In this document: piece after piece, positions 18,544 through 28,773 of the stretch | How positions within the stretch are numbered: the stretch's first letter is position 1 | How the letters are laid out: each line of letters starts with the position of its first letter | Made by a program: the position numbers and the translations under genes | NCBI GenBank assembly: GCA_963736255.1 | Contig: CAVTOI010000003.1 | Location: forward strand, 1,300,400 to 1,364,399 | Origin: Candidatus Aminicenantes bacterium | GTDB taxonomy: Bacteria; Acidobacteriota; Aminicenantia; Aminicenantales; Saccharicenantaceae | Length of the DNA stretch: 64,000 nt | Reading direction: 5' to 3' | Notes under the pieces: model-generated | Database searches by the model: none | Seen by the model: the letters and a program-made list of their open reading frames with translations, nothing else | What the model was told of the DNA's origin: nothing

Positions 18544-18875
18544 CCCGCCCATATTAGCCGTTCGGCCCCGTATCCGTCAACATGCAATGGGCGGGGTATT
18601 GGTGGAAAAGAACAGGGACAGGCCGCCGAAAATGTGGCTGAGGGGATCGCCGGAGTGAGCATGAAGCGGTGAGTTAGACTTCACGGGACGGAGATGCGGC
18701 CCCCTCCCATCAGCTCCGGACCGGGAAGGCGTTAAAACTCATCGCAGCGAACGGAGACGATCCCCGAGGACACACGGCAGCCGGCGTTGGTTTATCCCCG
18801 AACAAGGGTTGTACCCCGGGGGCGAAAGTGGCATAATTGGGCTTCCTCATACCCCCTTTTAAAAGGCATTCATAA

Positions 18876-20189
18876 ATGAACGTCAAGATCGGCATCCGCA
18901 GAGAGGACATCAACAAATGGGAAAAGCGGGTCCCCCTGATCCCGTCCCATGCCCGCGAGCTCAGCGACCGCCTGCCCGTCGAATTCCGAGTCCAGCCATC
19001 GAAGATCCGCATTTTCACGGACGATGATTACCGCCTGTCCGGCATTCCCGTCGAGGAGGGACTCTCGCCCTGCCCCATCGTCCTGGCCCTCAAGGAGATC
19101 CCTATCGAGCTCATCGAAAAGGACAAGACGTATCTCTTCTTTTCCCATACCGCCAAGGGCCAGAGCCAGAACAGGCCCATGCTCAAGAGGATGATGGACC
19201 TCGGTTGCACCATCATCGATTACGAGAAGATGGTCGACGAGCAGGGGCGCCGGGTCCTCTATTTCGGGAACTATGCCGGGCACGCCGGGATGATCGACGT
19301 GCTCTGGACCCTCGGCAAGCGGCTCCAGACCGAGGGCATCGCGAATCCCTTCACGATGCTCCACCCGACCCACTATTACCAGAGCCTCGTCGACGCCCGG
19401 GAAGCCGTCGGCAAGCTCGCCTGGAAGATCGCCAAAGAGGGCGTGCCGCCCGCGCTGAGCCCCCTCATCTTCGGGTTCTTCGGCTACGGGCATGTCTCGC
19501 AGGGTGCCCAGGAGATCTTCGACCTGCTGCCGGTCGAGAATGTCAGTCCGGCCGACATCCCCAAGCTCTTCGAGGACGGCGGGAAGGTCCACAGGAACCT
19601 CTACAAGGCCGTCTTCCATGAAGAGGACATGGTCAGGCCGATCGACGGGCAGAAGGCCTTCGATCTCCAGGATTATTACCAGAATCCGCAATCTTACCGG
19701 GCCGTCACCGAGGAGGTCCTGCCGTACCTCACGGCCCTCGTCAACGGGATCTATTGGGACCCGAAATTCCCCAAGTACATCACCAAGGCCTTCTTGAAGA
19801 AGCTTTACGGCGGCGGCAACCGGCCGAGGTTCCGCGTCATCGGCGACATCACCTGCGACATCGACGGCTCGATCGAATCCACGGTCCGGGCCACCGATTC
19901 GGAGAACCCGGTTTATGTCTTCGATCCGTTCCAGGACAAGGCCTTGACCGGTTTCGAGGGCGTGGGCCCCGCGGTGCTGGCCGTCTACAATCTCCCCGCC
20001 GAGCTGCCGCTCGAGTCCTCCACCTACTTCAGCGGCAAGCTCAAGGAGCACGTCCCGGCCCTCGCCGCGGCGCGCTTCGACAAGCCCTTCGCCGAGTGCG
20101 GCCTGCCCGACGTGCTTCGCCGGGCCGTCATCGTCTACCGCGGCGAGCTCACGTCCGGCTACGCTTATCTCGGGAAATTCCTCGTCTGA
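18876..20189 (+). CDS. Lysine-ketoglutarate reductase / saccharopine dehydrogenase (L-lysine-forming), AlaDH/PNT-like fold
   Basis: Resembles the LKR half of the eukaryotic LKR/SDH and LYS1 (N-terminal substrate-binding and Rossmann domains), paired with an SDH gene downstream; assignment by overall similarity. Confidence 0.7.
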   Translation: MNVKIGIRREDINKWEKRVPLIPSHARELSDRLPVEFRVQPSKIRIFTDDDYRLSGIPVEEGLSPCPIVLALKEIPIELIEKDKTYLFFSHTAKGQSQNRPMLKRMMDLGCTIIDYEKMVDEQGRRVLYFGNYAGHAGMIDVLWTLGKRLQTEGIANPFTMLHPTHYYQSLVDAREAVGKLAWKIAKEGVPPALSPLIFGFFGYGHVSQGAQEIFDLLPVENVSPADIPKLFEDGGKVHRNLYKAVFHEEDMVRPIDGQKAFDLQDYYQNPQSYRAVTEEVLPYLTALVNGIYWDPKFPKYITKAFLKKLYGGGNRPRFRVIGDITCDIDGSIESTVRATDSENPVYVFDPFQDKALTGFEGVGPAVLAVYNLPAELPLESSTYFSGKLKEHVPALAAARFDKPFAECGLPDVLRRAVIVYRGELTSGYAYLGKFLV

Positions 20190-20215
20190 ACAGAATTCGA
20201 CTCATGGAGAATCGG

Positions 20216-21538
20216 ATGAAAAGAGTGCTCGTACTCGGCGCCGGCCTGGTGGCCAAGCCGCTCGTCAACTACCTCCTCGGCCAGCCGGACTTTTCGGTGA
20301 CGGTCGCCGACGTGGAAGCCGGCCGGGCCGCCAAGCTTGTCGCCGGCCATCCCCGCGGCGCGTCCGAGGTCCTCGATATTTCGGACAGGGCCGCCCTGGC
20401 ATCGGCCATAGGCCGGGCCGACCTTGTCGTCAGCATGGTCCCCTACACCTTCCACCCCGTCGTCGCCGAGCTGGCCGTCGAAAAGGGCAGGCCGATGGTC
20501 ACCGCCTCCTACGTCAGCCCGGGGATGAGGGAGCTCGACGCGCGGGCCAAGGAGAAGGGCCTGATCCTCCTCAACGAGGTCGGCCTCGATCCCGGCATCG
20601 ACCATATGGAGGCCATGCGCGTCATTCACGAGGTCCACGATGCCGGGGGCAAGGTCTCCGGCTTCACTTCCTGGTGCGGCGGGCTCCCGGCGCCCGAGGC
20701 CAATACCAATCCCTTCGGCTACAAGTTCTCCTGGAGCCCCCGGGGTGTCCTGCTTGCGTCCAAGAACTCAGCCAAGTTCCTCAAGGACGGCCGCATCGTG
20801 ACCATTGCCGCGGCCGACCTCTTCGCCGGGCCCGAGACGATCAGCATCCCCGGTCTCGGCGAGTTCGAAGGCTATCCCAACCGCGACTCCGTGTCCTACC
20901 GGGAAACCTACGGCATCCCCGAGGCCCAGACCGTTTTCCGGGGGACGCTGCGCTACCCCGGATGGTGCGAGACCGTCAGAAAGATGGTCGAGCTGGGACT
21001 TCTCGACGATACGCCGAAGGACCGCACGGGCGTCTCCTTCGACGGCCTGGCGCGGGAGCTGGCCCAAGCCGCCCCGGGCGCCGACACGAAGGGCGCCGTG
21101 GCTTCAAGGCTCGGGCTCGCGCCGGAGTCGGCTGTCCTGTCCCGCTTCGAATGGCTGGGGCTGTTCGGGGGAGCGCCTCTTCCCATGGCGAAAGGCTCGG
21201 CCCTCGACAATCTGACCGCCCTCATGATGGCCAGGCTCGGCTACGAAAAGGGGGAGAGGGACATGGTCGTCCTCCAGCACGAGTTCCTGGTCCGCACGGA
21301 ATCCGGACGGACGGAGAGGATCGTCTCGACCCTCGTCGACTACGGCGTCCCCGGCGGCGATTCCTCGATGTCGCGCACGGTCGGGCTGCCCGCTGCGATC
21401 GGCGCCCGTCTCATCCTCGAAGGCAGGATCAATCTGCCCGGGGTCCAGGTCCCCGTTCGACCCGAGATCTATGGCCCGATCCTCGACGAGCTCGAGAAGC
21501 TGGGCGTCCGTTTCGAGGAGAAACGCCAGGTCCTCTGA
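20216..21538 (+). CDS. Saccharopine dehydrogenase (NADP+, L-glutamate-forming)-family oxidoreductase
   Basis: RBS GGAGA then ATG 20216; N-terminal Rossmann VLVLGAGLVAKP; Sacchrp_dh-like C-terminal; the table ORF from 19754 is an upstream in-frame read-through. Confidence 0.8.
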   Translation: MKRVLVLGAGLVAKPLVNYLLGQPDFSVTVADVEAGRAAKLVAGHPRGASEVLDISDRAALASAIGRADLVVSMVPYTFHPVVAELAVEKGRPMVTASYVSPGMRELDARAKEKGLILLNEVGLDPGIDHMEAMRVIHEVHDAGGKVSGFTSWCGGLPAPEANTNPFGYKFSWSPRGVLLASKNSAKFLKDGRIVTIAAADLFAGPETISIPGLGEFEGYPNRDSVSYRETYGIPEAQTVFRGTLRYPGWCETVRKMVELGLLDDTPKDRTGVSFDGLARELAQAAPGADTKGAVASRLGLAPESAVLSRFEWLGLFGGAPLPMAKGSALDNLTALMMARLGYEKGERDMVVLQHEFLVRTESGRTERIVSTLVDYGVPGGDSSMSRTVGLPAAIGARLILEGRINLPGVQVPVRPEIYGPILDELEKLGVRFEEKRQVL

Positions 21539-21622
21539 GCCCCGCCGGACAAGGCCGGCGCGCCTTGCCGCGTGTTTGACATCCGGCCCCCCGGAGCCTA
21601 TGTTGGCAGGGAGGTAGCGGCC

Positions 21623-22429
21623 ATGAAACGAAAACCCTATGTCGCCGGACAATTCTACCCGGGCAGCCGAGAGAAGCTGCGGGAGACGCTCGCCGCGCTG
21701 ACCGGCCCGGCCGCGGCCCGCAAAAGGGCCATCGCGGTCGTTTCCCCTCATGCCGGCTACGTCTATTCGGGGCCCGTCGCCGGGGCGGTTTACTCCGCGA
21801 CAGCGATCCCCGGGGTCGCGGTTATCCTCGGACCAGGACACCGGGAGATCGGCTCCCTTTTCGCTTTACAGGCCCGAGGCAGCTGGTCGACCCCGCTCGG
21901 GGACAGCCCCATCGAAGAGACCCTGGCCTCCCGTATCCTCGCCGCGTGTCCCCTCGCCGATGACGACGAGCAGGCTCATCTGTGGGAGCATTCGCTGGAG
22001 GTCCAGCTGCCCTTCCTCCAGTACTTCCGGGCCGACATCGCTATCGTGCCGATCTGCGTTTCGCATGAAGCCCGATACGGTGAGCTCGAAACGCTCGGGA
22101 AGGCCTTGGCCAAGGCCCTCAAGGAGGATGGCCGCGAGATCCTCATCGTGGCCAGCACGGACATGAGCCACTACGTCCCGCTGAAGACCGCGGAGAGGAA
22201 GGACATGCTGGCCATCCGCAAGGTGCTCGATCTCGACCCGGCCGGCCTGTTCGAGACCGTAACCTCCGAGCGGATCTCGATGTGCGGCTTCCAGCCCACC
22301 ACCGCGGCCCTCGTCGCGGCGCTCGGCCTTGGGGCCACGGGGGCCGAGCTCGTCCGCTACGGAACATCGGGCGACGCGTCGGGGGACACATCGCAAGTTG
22401 TTGGATACGCTGGAATTATGATTCTTTAG
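21623..22429 (+). CDS. MEMO1-family protein (AmmeMemoRadiSam system protein B)
   Basis: RBS GGAGG then MKRKPYVAGQFYPG...; conserved AVVSPHAGYVYSG and MSHY motifs of the Memo family. Confidence 0.8.
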   Translation: MKRKPYVAGQFYPGSREKLRETLAALTGPAAARKRAIAVVSPHAGYVYSGPVAGAVYSATAIPGVAVILGPGHREIGSLFALQARGSWSTPLGDSPIEETLASRILAACPLADDDEQAHLWEHSLEVQLPFLQYFRADIAIVPICVSHEARYGELETLGKALAKALKEDGREILIVASTDMSHYVPLKTAERKDMLAIRKVLDLDPAGLFETVTSERISMCGFQPTTAALVAALGLGATGAELVRYGTSGDASGDTSQVVGYAGIMIL

Positions 22430-22441
22430 CAGCCCGGCCTC

Positions 22442-22485
22442 TGACTCTGAGTCATTTGACACCCGGTCGCTTCTAATGCTATAAA
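22442..22485 (+). promoter_or_regulatory. Putative hrcA promoter (TTGACA-18nt-TATAAA) overlapped by a perfect palindrome TGACTC-T-GAGTCA
   Basis: Palindrome 22442-22454 directly abuts the -35 TTGACA (22456-22461); -10 TATAAA at 22480-22485; ~18 nt before the hrcA ATG; no canonical CIRCE (TTAGCACTC-N9-GAGTGCTAA) found. Confidence 0.45.
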
Positions 22486-22502
22486 GGCCTTTAAGGAAAA
22501 GT

Positions 22503-23558
22503 ATGGCTAAATCCGCGCTTCGCGACAAGGACAAGAGGGTCCTGGGGCTGCTCGTAGAGAGCTTCGTCCGCCACGGGCGTCCCGTGAGCTCGGGCGCGCT
22601 GTGCCAGACCAAGCGGGTCGCGGCCTCGTCGGCCACGCTCCGCAACATCATGGTCAAGCTCGAAGAGATGGGCTACCTGTCCCAGCCGCACACCTCCGCG
22701 GGGCGCGTCCCGACAGACAAGGGCCTGCGTTTCTATGTCGGGCGGCTCCTCGAGGAAAAAGCCCTGCCGGAAGAACGGGTCCCCTTCATCCAGGAGGAAT
22801 TCCCCAACCGGACGGCCGACCTCGATTCTCTGCTCCTCCAGGCTTGCCGGGTCCTGGCCGACAACTCCGACGCCCTGGGGTTCGTCATCTCGCCGCGCAT
22901 CTTCCGGCTGCCGTTCGAGCACCTCCGTTTCATCAAGATCTCCGACCGCCGGATCATGGTCATCCTCGTGACGCCCTTCCACATGGTCCTGACGGAGACG
23001 CTCGAATCGTCCCTGCCATTGACGCAGACCGAGCTCGACCAGGCCTCCCAATATGTCAACCAGAATTTTCGCGGCCGGACGATCCTCGCCGTCCGCGAGG
23101 CGCTCGTCCTCGACCTTCCCAAGTACCGCGTCAAGCACCAGGACACCCTGAACAAGCTCCTCGACCTGCTCAAGACGTCGATCGACAGGGAAGGGGAGGA
23201 CCGCATCTTCCTCCAGGGGACCTCACGCCTGCTCGGCAAGGGCGGGCTCTCCGACATGAACAAGCTGCGGTCCCTTTTCCGGAGCTTCGAGGAGAAAGCC
23301 GCCTTGGCCCGGCTCATCTCCGATTTCATCAGCCTGGACCGGGTCAAGGTCCTCATCGGGTCGGAGGCCAACTTCCCGAACGTCGAGGACTGCTCGCTCG
23401 TCCTGTCCCACTACGGCTACAGCAATCAGGTCCTGGGGACCCTCGGCATCATCGGCCCGAAGCGCATCCCGTATGAGAAAATCATCCCGCTCGTCGACCG
23501 CGTGGCCAAGCGCGTCAGCCTGGCCATCACGGTCTTCGGCAGAGAGGTCAGCCTATGA
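22503..23558 (+). CDS. hrcA: Heat-inducible transcription repressor HrcA
   Basis: N-terminal winged HTH (RKRVLGLLVESFVRHGRPVSSGAL) and HrcA C-terminal domain; first gene of hrcA-grpE-dnaK-dnaJ. Confidence 0.9.
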   Translation: MAKSALRDKDKRVLGLLVESFVRHGRPVSSGALCQTKRVAASSATLRNIMVKLEEMGYLSQPHTSAGRVPTDKGLRFYVGRLLEEKALPEERVPFIQEEFPNRTADLDSLLLQACRVLADNSDALGFVISPRIFRLPFEHLRFIKISDRRIMVILVTPFHMVLTETLESSLPLTQTELDQASQYVNQNFRGRTILAVREALVLDLPKYRVKHQDTLNKLLDLLKTSIDREGEDRIFLQGTSRLLGKGGLSDMNKLRSLFRSFEEKAALARLISDFISLDRVKVLIGSEANFPNVEDCSLVLSHYGYSNQVLGTLGIIGPKRIPYEKIIPLVDRVAKRVSLAITVFGREVSL

Positions 23559-24181
23559 CGGACGAAAAAGACAAGGGCGGCGACGAGATCGAGTTCCTCC
23601 CGGACGCCCCGCCCGCCGGCGAGGGTCGAGCACCCGGGCCCCCGGCCGCCGCGAAAGCGGAGCCGGAGGACAAGGCGGCCGACGATGGGCACCGCGTCAA
23701 GGACAAGCTCAAGAAGAAGGACGCCGAGATCAAGAGCCTCAAGAAGGACCTCGACGAGCTCAAGGAGGCGCACCTCCGCCGTCTCGCCGACATGGAGAAC
23801 CTGCGTAAGCGGTTCGAGCGGGAGAAGTCCGAGTTCCAGCAATACGCCCTGAGCGGCCTCCTGGGCGATCTCCTCGTCGTCGGCGACAATTTCGAGCGGG
23901 CCATGAAGATCGGTCCCTCCGAGGCGGAGGGGAAAACGTTCCGTGAGGGCGTCGAGCTCATTTTCCGGATGTTCCAGAATCTGCTCGCCAAGCACGGGGT
24001 CCGGCCGATCGTCCTCGAGAACCGGGCCTTCGATCCGAACTTCCACCACGCCACGATCGTCGAGGAGTCCGCCGAGGTCGAAGAGCCCACGGTCGCGGAG
24101 GAGCTCCAAAAGGGATACATGCTCCACGACCGGCTGCTGCGGCCGACCCTGGTCAAGGTCCTCGTTCCGAAGAAAGGATAA
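23555..24181 (+). CDS. grpE: Nucleotide exchange factor GrpE
   Basis: Coiled-coil plus GrpE C-terminal domain (...NFERAMK..., ...HATIVEES...GYMLHDRLLRPTLVKV); overlaps the hrcA stop by 4 nt. Confidence 0.9.
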   Translation: MTDEKDKGGDEIEFLPDAPPAGEGRAPGPPAAAKAEPEDKAADDGHRVKDKLKKKDAEIKSLKKDLDELKEAHLRRLADMENLRKRFEREKSEFQQYALSGLLGDLLVVGDNFERAMKIGPSEAEGKTFREGVELIFRMFQNLLAKHGVRPIVLENRAFDPNFHHATIVEESAEVEEPTVAEELQKGYMLHDRLLRPTLVKVLVPKKG

Positions 24182-24187
24182 GAGCGC

Positions 24188-25780
24188 ATGGGACGCGTCA
24201 TCGGCATCGACCTCGGCACCACCTACTCCTGCGTCGCGTATCTCGAAGGCGGCCGGCCCGTCGTCATCCCCAACCTCGAGGGCCTTCCGACGACGCCTTC
24301 GGTCGTGTCATTCACCGGCTCGGGGGAGCGCCTCGTCGGCACGTTGGCCATGCGCCAGGCCGTCACCAATCCCACCAACACGTTCTACGCGGTCAAGCGC
24401 CTGATCGGGCAGAAGTTCCGCTCGGCCGAGATCCAGGAAGCGATGGCGAAGCTGCCCTATAAGCTGAAGGAGGCCGCCAACGGCGACGTCGCCGTCGTCC
24501 TGGGGGACAAGACCCTGAGCCCGCCCGAGATCTCGGCCATGGTCCTCGGCTATCTCAAGGCCTGCGCCGAGTCGTTCTTCGGCGAGCCCGTGACGGAAGC
24601 CGTGATCACGGTCCCGGCCCATTTCAATGACGCCCAGCGGCAGGCCACCAAGGATGCGGCCACGATCTGCGGGCTCGAGGTGCAGCGCGTCATCAACGAG
24701 CCGACTGCCGCGGGGCTGGCGTACGGCCTCGACGCCAAGAAGAACGGCCTGGCCGCCGTCTACGACCTCGGCGGCGGGACGTTCGACATCACCATCCTCG
24801 AAGCGAGCGACGGTGTCTTCAACGTCCTGGCCACCAACGGCGACTCCTACCTTGGCGGCGAGGACTTCGACAACCGCATCCTCGAGTGGCTGGCGGCGAC
24901 CTTCAAAGCCGAGACCGGGATCGATCTCGGCGACGACAAGCTCGCGCTCCAGCGGGTCAAGGAAGCCGCCGAGAAGGCCAAGAGGGAGCTCTCGTTCATG
25001 TCGGAGACCGAGATCAACCTGCCGTTCATCAGCTCGGACCGGGCCAAGTCCAATCATATCCGCAAGACCCTCAGCCGCACGACCTTCGAGGCCATGACGG
25101 CCGACCTCGTCGAAAGGACACTGCCCCACATCCAGAAGGCCCTCGAGGATGCCAGGCTGACGGTCGACAGGATCGACCACGTCATCCTCGTCGGGGGCCA
25201 GACCCGGATGCCCCTGGTCCGGGAGCGGGTGGCCAATTTCTTTGGCCGGGAGCCTGAAGAGAAGGTCGACCCCGATCAGATCGTGGCCATGGGCGCGGCC
25301 ATACAATCGGGGATCCTCGCCGGCCAGGTCCGCGATCTCGTCCTCCTGCTGGACGTGACGCCGTTCGCCCTGGGCATCGAGACCGAGAATGACGGCTACG
25401 AGATGGTCATCGAGAGGAACACGACCATCCCGACCCGCAAGGTCAAGTCCTTCACGACCGTGGAGCACAACCAGAGGCGGGTCCGGATCCACGTCCTCCA
25501 GGGCGAGGGGTTCCTGGCCTCGATGAACAAGTCCCTGGCGGTCTTCGAGCTCGTCGGCATCGACCCCGCCCCGGCGGGGGTGCCCCAGATCGATGTCACA
25601 TTCGAGATCAACGCCGACGGCCTGGCCCGCGTCTCCGCCAAGGACAAGGAGACGGGCCTCGAGCAGAAGGTGGAGGTGCGGCCGTCCTCGGGCCTCACGC
25701 CGGCGGAGGTGGCCGAGCTGAGGAAGCGGCAGACGGGCGGCGGCCGGCCCGCCGCGGCCAAACAGAGAGCGGATGAATAA
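24188..25780 (+). CDS. dnaK: Hsp70 chaperone DnaK paralog, C-terminally short (530 aa; no full helical lid)
   Basis: [18 protein letters not shown]..., [23 protein letters not shown]; ends shortly after the beta-sandwich substrate-binding domain with a basic tail. Confidence 0.9.
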   Translation: MGRVIGIDLGTTYSCVAYLEGGRPVVIPNLEGLPTTPSVVSFTGSGERLVGTLAMRQAVTNPTNTFYAVKRLIGQKFRSAEIQEAMAKLPYKLKEAANGDVAVVLGDKTLSPPEISAMVLGYLKACAESFFGEPVTEAVITVPAHFNDAQRQATKDAATICGLEVQRVINEPTAAGLAYGLDAKKNGLAAVYDLGGGTFDITILEASDGVFNVLATNGDSYLGGEDFDNRILEWLAATFKAETGIDLGDDKLALQRVKEAAEKAKRELSFMSETEINLPFISSDRAKSNHIRKTLSRTTFEAMTADLVERTLPHIQKALEDARLTVDRIDHVILVGGQTRMPLVRERVANFFGREPEEKVDPDQIVAMGAAIQSGILAGQVRDLVLLLDVTPFALGIETENDGYEMVIERNTTIPTRKVKSFTTVEHNQRRVRIHVLQGEGFLASMNKSLAVFELVGIDPAPAGVPQIDVTFEINADGLARVSAKDKETGLEQKVEVRPSSGLTPAEVAELRKRQTGGGRPAAAKQRADE

Positions 25781-26900
25781 GAAGGACTACTACCAGGTCC
25801 TCGGCGTGCCGCGGGACGCCCCGCCCGAGGACGTCAAGAAAGCTTACCGCCAGCTCGCCCTGAGGCACCATCCGGACCGCAATCCGGGGAGCAAGGAGGA
25901 CGAGGAGAAGTTCAAGGAAGCGGCAGAGGCCTACAGCGTCCTGGCCGATGCTGAGAAGCGGTCCGTCTACGACCGCTTCGGCCACGATGGGCTCCGGGGC
26001 CAGGGCTTTTCCGGCTTCGATTCGTCCGTCTTCGAGGACTTCCAGGATATCCTCGGGAATTTCTTCGGCTTCAGCATCGGCGATCTCTTCGGCGGCAGGG
26101 AGCGCGGCCGCGGCGGGGCCCGGCGCAGCCGGGGCCGGGACCTGGCGCTGGAGGTGGAGATCGGCCTCGACGAGGCCGCGGCCGGGACCGAGAAGGAGAT
26201 CAAGCTCAATCGGGCCGAGACCTGCCCCGTCTGCCGCGGCTCGAAGCGCAAGGCCGGGACGCGGCCGGCGCCGTGCGCGACGTGCGGGGGGCACGGTCAG
26301 CTCCGCTACCAGCAGGGGTTCTTCAGCATGGCCAGGACCTGCCCGCGCTGCCAGGGCGCCGGCGAGGTCAATGCCTCGCCCTGTGAATCGTGCCAGGGGC
26401 GGGGCCACGTCAGGGAGAAGCGGGCCCTCAAGGTCCGCATCCCGGCCGGCGTCGACGACGGCTCGCGGCTGAGGCTCGTCGGCGAGGGCGAGGCGGGCGA
26501 CGAAGGCATGCCGGCGGGGGACCTTTACGTCGTGACCCGCGTCCGCAAGCACCCCTTCTTCGAGAGGGACGGGAACGACCTCGTCTGCGAGATCGGCGTT
26601 TCGTTCGCCCAGGCCGCGCTCGGTGCCCGGGTCGAGATCCCCACTCTCGAAGGGAATGAGGTCGTCAAGGTCCCGGCCGGAACGCAGCCGGGCGAGACGA
26701 TCCGCCTCAAGGGCAAGGGCGTCCAGGATATATCCGGGCGGCGCAAGGGCGACCTCTTCGTCAAGATCCTGGTGCGGACGCCCGACAACCTGAACAAAGA
26801 GCAGAAGGCGCTCCTCCAAAAGCTCGCCGGTCTCCGCGGCGAGGACGTCGAAGCGGTCGACAAGACCGTCATCCACAGGCTGAAGAGCATCCTGCAGTGA
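25773..26900 (+). CDS. dnaJ: Chaperone DnaJ (second copy, type I with zinc fingers)
   Basis: DYYQVLGV...HHPDRNPG J domain; [41 protein letters not shown] zinc centre; overlaps dnaK2 by 8 nt. Confidence 0.93.
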   Translation: MNKKDYYQVLGVPRDAPPEDVKKAYRQLALRHHPDRNPGSKEDEEKFKEAAEAYSVLADAEKRSVYDRFGHDGLRGQGFSGFDSSVFEDFQDILGNFFGFSIGDLFGGRERGRGGARRSRGRDLALEVEIGLDEAAAGTEKEIKLNRAETCPVCRGSKRKAGTRPAPCATCGGHGQLRYQQGFFSMARTCPRCQGAGEVNASPCESCQGRGHVREKRALKVRIPAGVDDGSRLRLVGEGEAGDEGMPAGDLYVVTRVRKHPFFERDGNDLVCEIGVSFAQAALGARVEIPTLEGNEVVKVPAGTQPGETIRLKGKGVQDISGRRKGDLFVKILVRTPDNLNKEQKALLQKLAGLRGEDVEAVDKTVIHRLKSILQ

Positions 26901-26913
26901 GCCGGCGAGAAGA

Positions 26914-27658
26914 GTGACCGCCAACCAGTTCTACGTTCCGCTCATCGCCGGGGACGCGACCCTCATCGTTCTTTCCGGCGAGGAGCATCGCCACCTGGCC
27001 CGGGCGGCCCGTGTCCGCGCGGGGGAGGAGGTCTGGCTCATCGATGCCCACGGCCGCCGCTGCCTGACCCGAGTCGAAAAGGTCGGCGACGACCGGACCG
27101 AGGTCGTGGTCCTGGCGATGGAAGCGCCAGAAACGCCACCGGACGCGGATCTCCCTGGCTCTGTGCCTTATGGAAGCGAAGAAGCTCGAGACCGTCATCG
27201 AGAAGGCCGCCGAGCTCGGCTGCGCAGAGGTCATCCCGGTCGTCAGCGCCCGGTCGCTCAAGGGCTCGGGCGAGAGGACGGACCGGAAGCTCGAACGGTG
27301 GAAGAGGATCGTGCGGGAGGCGGCCAAACAGTGCAAGGCGCCTCTCCTGACGGAGGTCCATCCGCCCCGGCCGCTCAAGGAGCTCCTCCGTGATCCCGGC
27401 GCGGACCGGCGGCTCTTTCTGAGCGAGCACGACGGCCGGCTGCTCAGGGACATCGTCATGGCGGGCGCCGCGCCGGCGGGGGAGCCGCCGTCTTCGGTCC
27501 TCCTCATCGTCGGGCCCCCCGGCGGCTGGACGGAAGGGGAGGAGAGCGGCATCCGGCAGGCCGGGTTCGAGGCCGTGTCCCTCGGCCGCCGCATCCTCCG
27601 GGCGGAGACCGCGGCCGTCGCGGGAGCGGCCATGATCGCGCATTTCTGGAACGAGTGA
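26914..27658 (+). pseudogene. rsmE: 16S rRNA (uracil1498-N3)-methyltransferase RsmE split by a frameshift (N-terminal part 26914..~27140 in one frame, remainder 27068..27658 in the +1 frame)
   Basis: N-terminal PUA-like part (MTANQFYVPLIAGD...VEKVGDDRTEVVVLAMEAPE) then frame change to KRQKRHRTRISLALCLMEAKKLETVIEKAAELG...LIVGPPGGWTEGEE...RILRAETAAV (SPOUT domain); either frame alone gives garbage for the other half; the switch lies ~27125-27150. Confidence 0.7.
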
Positions 27659-27659
27659 C

Positions 27660-28598
27660 ATGTTCCTCCAAGGACAGAAAGTCGGCAAGTACGAGATCAT
27701 CCGGTCGCTCGGCAGCGGCGGGTTCGGCTCCGTCTACCTGGCCAAGGACACTTGGCTCGATATCAAGGTCGCCATCAAAGTGCCCCACAAGCAATCGGCC
27801 GAGCTCTACAAGCTCCTCAAGGAGCCGCGCCTCCAGGCCGCTCTCAGTCACCCGAACATCGTCCGCATGCTGGCCGCGGAAAAGGAGAAGGCCATCTTCT
27901 TCATGGTCATGGAGTACATCAAGGGCCCGACGCTCGAGAAGATCCTGGAGAAGGAGCGCATCCTGGGGACGGAGCAGGCCATCGACTTCATCAAGCAGAT
28001 CTCCTACGGCGTCGACCACGCCCACAAGGCCAAGATCATCCACCGCGACCTGCGGCCGTCGAACATCATCGTTTCCGAGGACGGCACGGCCAAGATCACC
28101 GATTTCGGGACCTCGGCCTGGCTCAACGCCGTGCCCTATGCGTCGACGCGGATCGGCTCGCCGCCTTACATGGCCCCCGAGCAGTTCCTGGGCAAGGCGT
28201 CCTATGCCGCCGACCTCTACTCCCTCGGCTGCATTTTCTACGAGATGATCATCGGCCGGCCGCCCATCTTCGACCCGGACCCGTTCAAGATCCTGGAGAA
28301 AGCCCAGCAGGGCAAGATCACGCCGCCGCGGATCAAGAACGCGCGCATCCCCCGGGAGGTCGACGCCATTATCATGCGGGCCCTGGCGCCCAAGGTCGAG
28401 GACCGCTACCAGAGCGCTTCGGAGATCATCCGCGACCTGTCCCTCTACAAAGGCAAGACCCCCAAGACCTCCGAGATCGACGACATCATGCTGCGGATCA
28501 AGGCCCGGGAGCAGAAGACGACGGCCCTCTGCTGGAACTGCCGCCGGCCTCTGCCGCCCAAGTCGCGCGCCTGTCCGCACTGCGGCGAAACCGTCTGA
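27660..28598 (+). CDS. Hanks-type serine/threonine protein kinase with C-terminal zinc ribbon
   Basis: GSGGFGSVYLAKD, VAIK, HRDLRPSNI, DFG, APE motifs; C-terminal CWNC...CPHCG. Confidence 0.85.
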   Translation: MFLQGQKVGKYEIIRSLGSGGFGSVYLAKDTWLDIKVAIKVPHKQSAELYKLLKEPRLQAALSHPNIVRMLAAEKEKAIFFMVMEYIKGPTLEKILEKERILGTEQAIDFIKQISYGVDHAHKAKIIHRDLRPSNIIVSEDGTAKITDFGTSAWLNAVPYASTRIGSPPYMAPEQFLGKASYAADLYSLGCIFYEMIIGRPPIFDPDPFKILEKAQQGKITPPRIKNARIPREVDAIIMRALAPKVEDRYQSASEIIRDLSLYKGKTPKTSEIDDIMLRIKAREQKTTALCWNCRRPLPPKSRACPHCGETV

Positions 28599-28605
28599 CC
28601 TGGAC

Positions 28606-28654
28606 CCTTCATCGGAACGCCGTCTGGGTTCTTCTTGTCTTACGGAGAAGCCCG
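28606..28654 (+). terminator. Intrinsic terminator after the kinase gene (long GC stem followed by TTTTTAT)
   Basis: aacgccg...gggttcttc...gagaagccc...cggcgtttttat; contains repeat copy 2 (28616..28667). Confidence 0.5.
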
Positions 28655-28773
28655 GCGTTTTTATGAAAGGTCCAGGCCGATTTCCCCCCGAGAGGCGATT
28701 GACTTCGCCGCGGGGGATGATATACGATGAGGCCTCGAGAACACGGCCTCCGCACTCGCACAAAGGAGCGTCC

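Noticed and set aside
19754-21538. 594-aa table ORF suggesting a fusion upstream of the saccharopine dehydrogenase
   Set aside because: The upstream 150 codons are in a different frame from the LKR gene and encode Arg/Pro-rich junk. A proper RBS (GGAGA) precedes the internal ATG at 20216.
22430-22502. Searched for a CIRCE element (TTAGCACTC-N9-GAGTGCTAA) upstream of hrcA and of dnaK (2929..3048), and for HAIR (CTTGAGT-N7-ACTCAAG) upstream of dnaK
   Set aside because: No match at better than 5/9 per half-site was found by eye. Only the unrelated palindrome TGACTCTGAGTCA (hrcA) and a sigma70 promoter (dnaK) are present, so canonical operators are not claimed.
25781-25800. Possibility that the short DnaK (530 aa) is a truncation artefact
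   Set aside because: Cannot be settled from sequence. The ORF ends with a clean stop and overlaps the dnaJ start (ATGAATAAG). Reading further in frame gives DnaJ, not a DnaK lid. Kept as a genuine short paralog but flagged.
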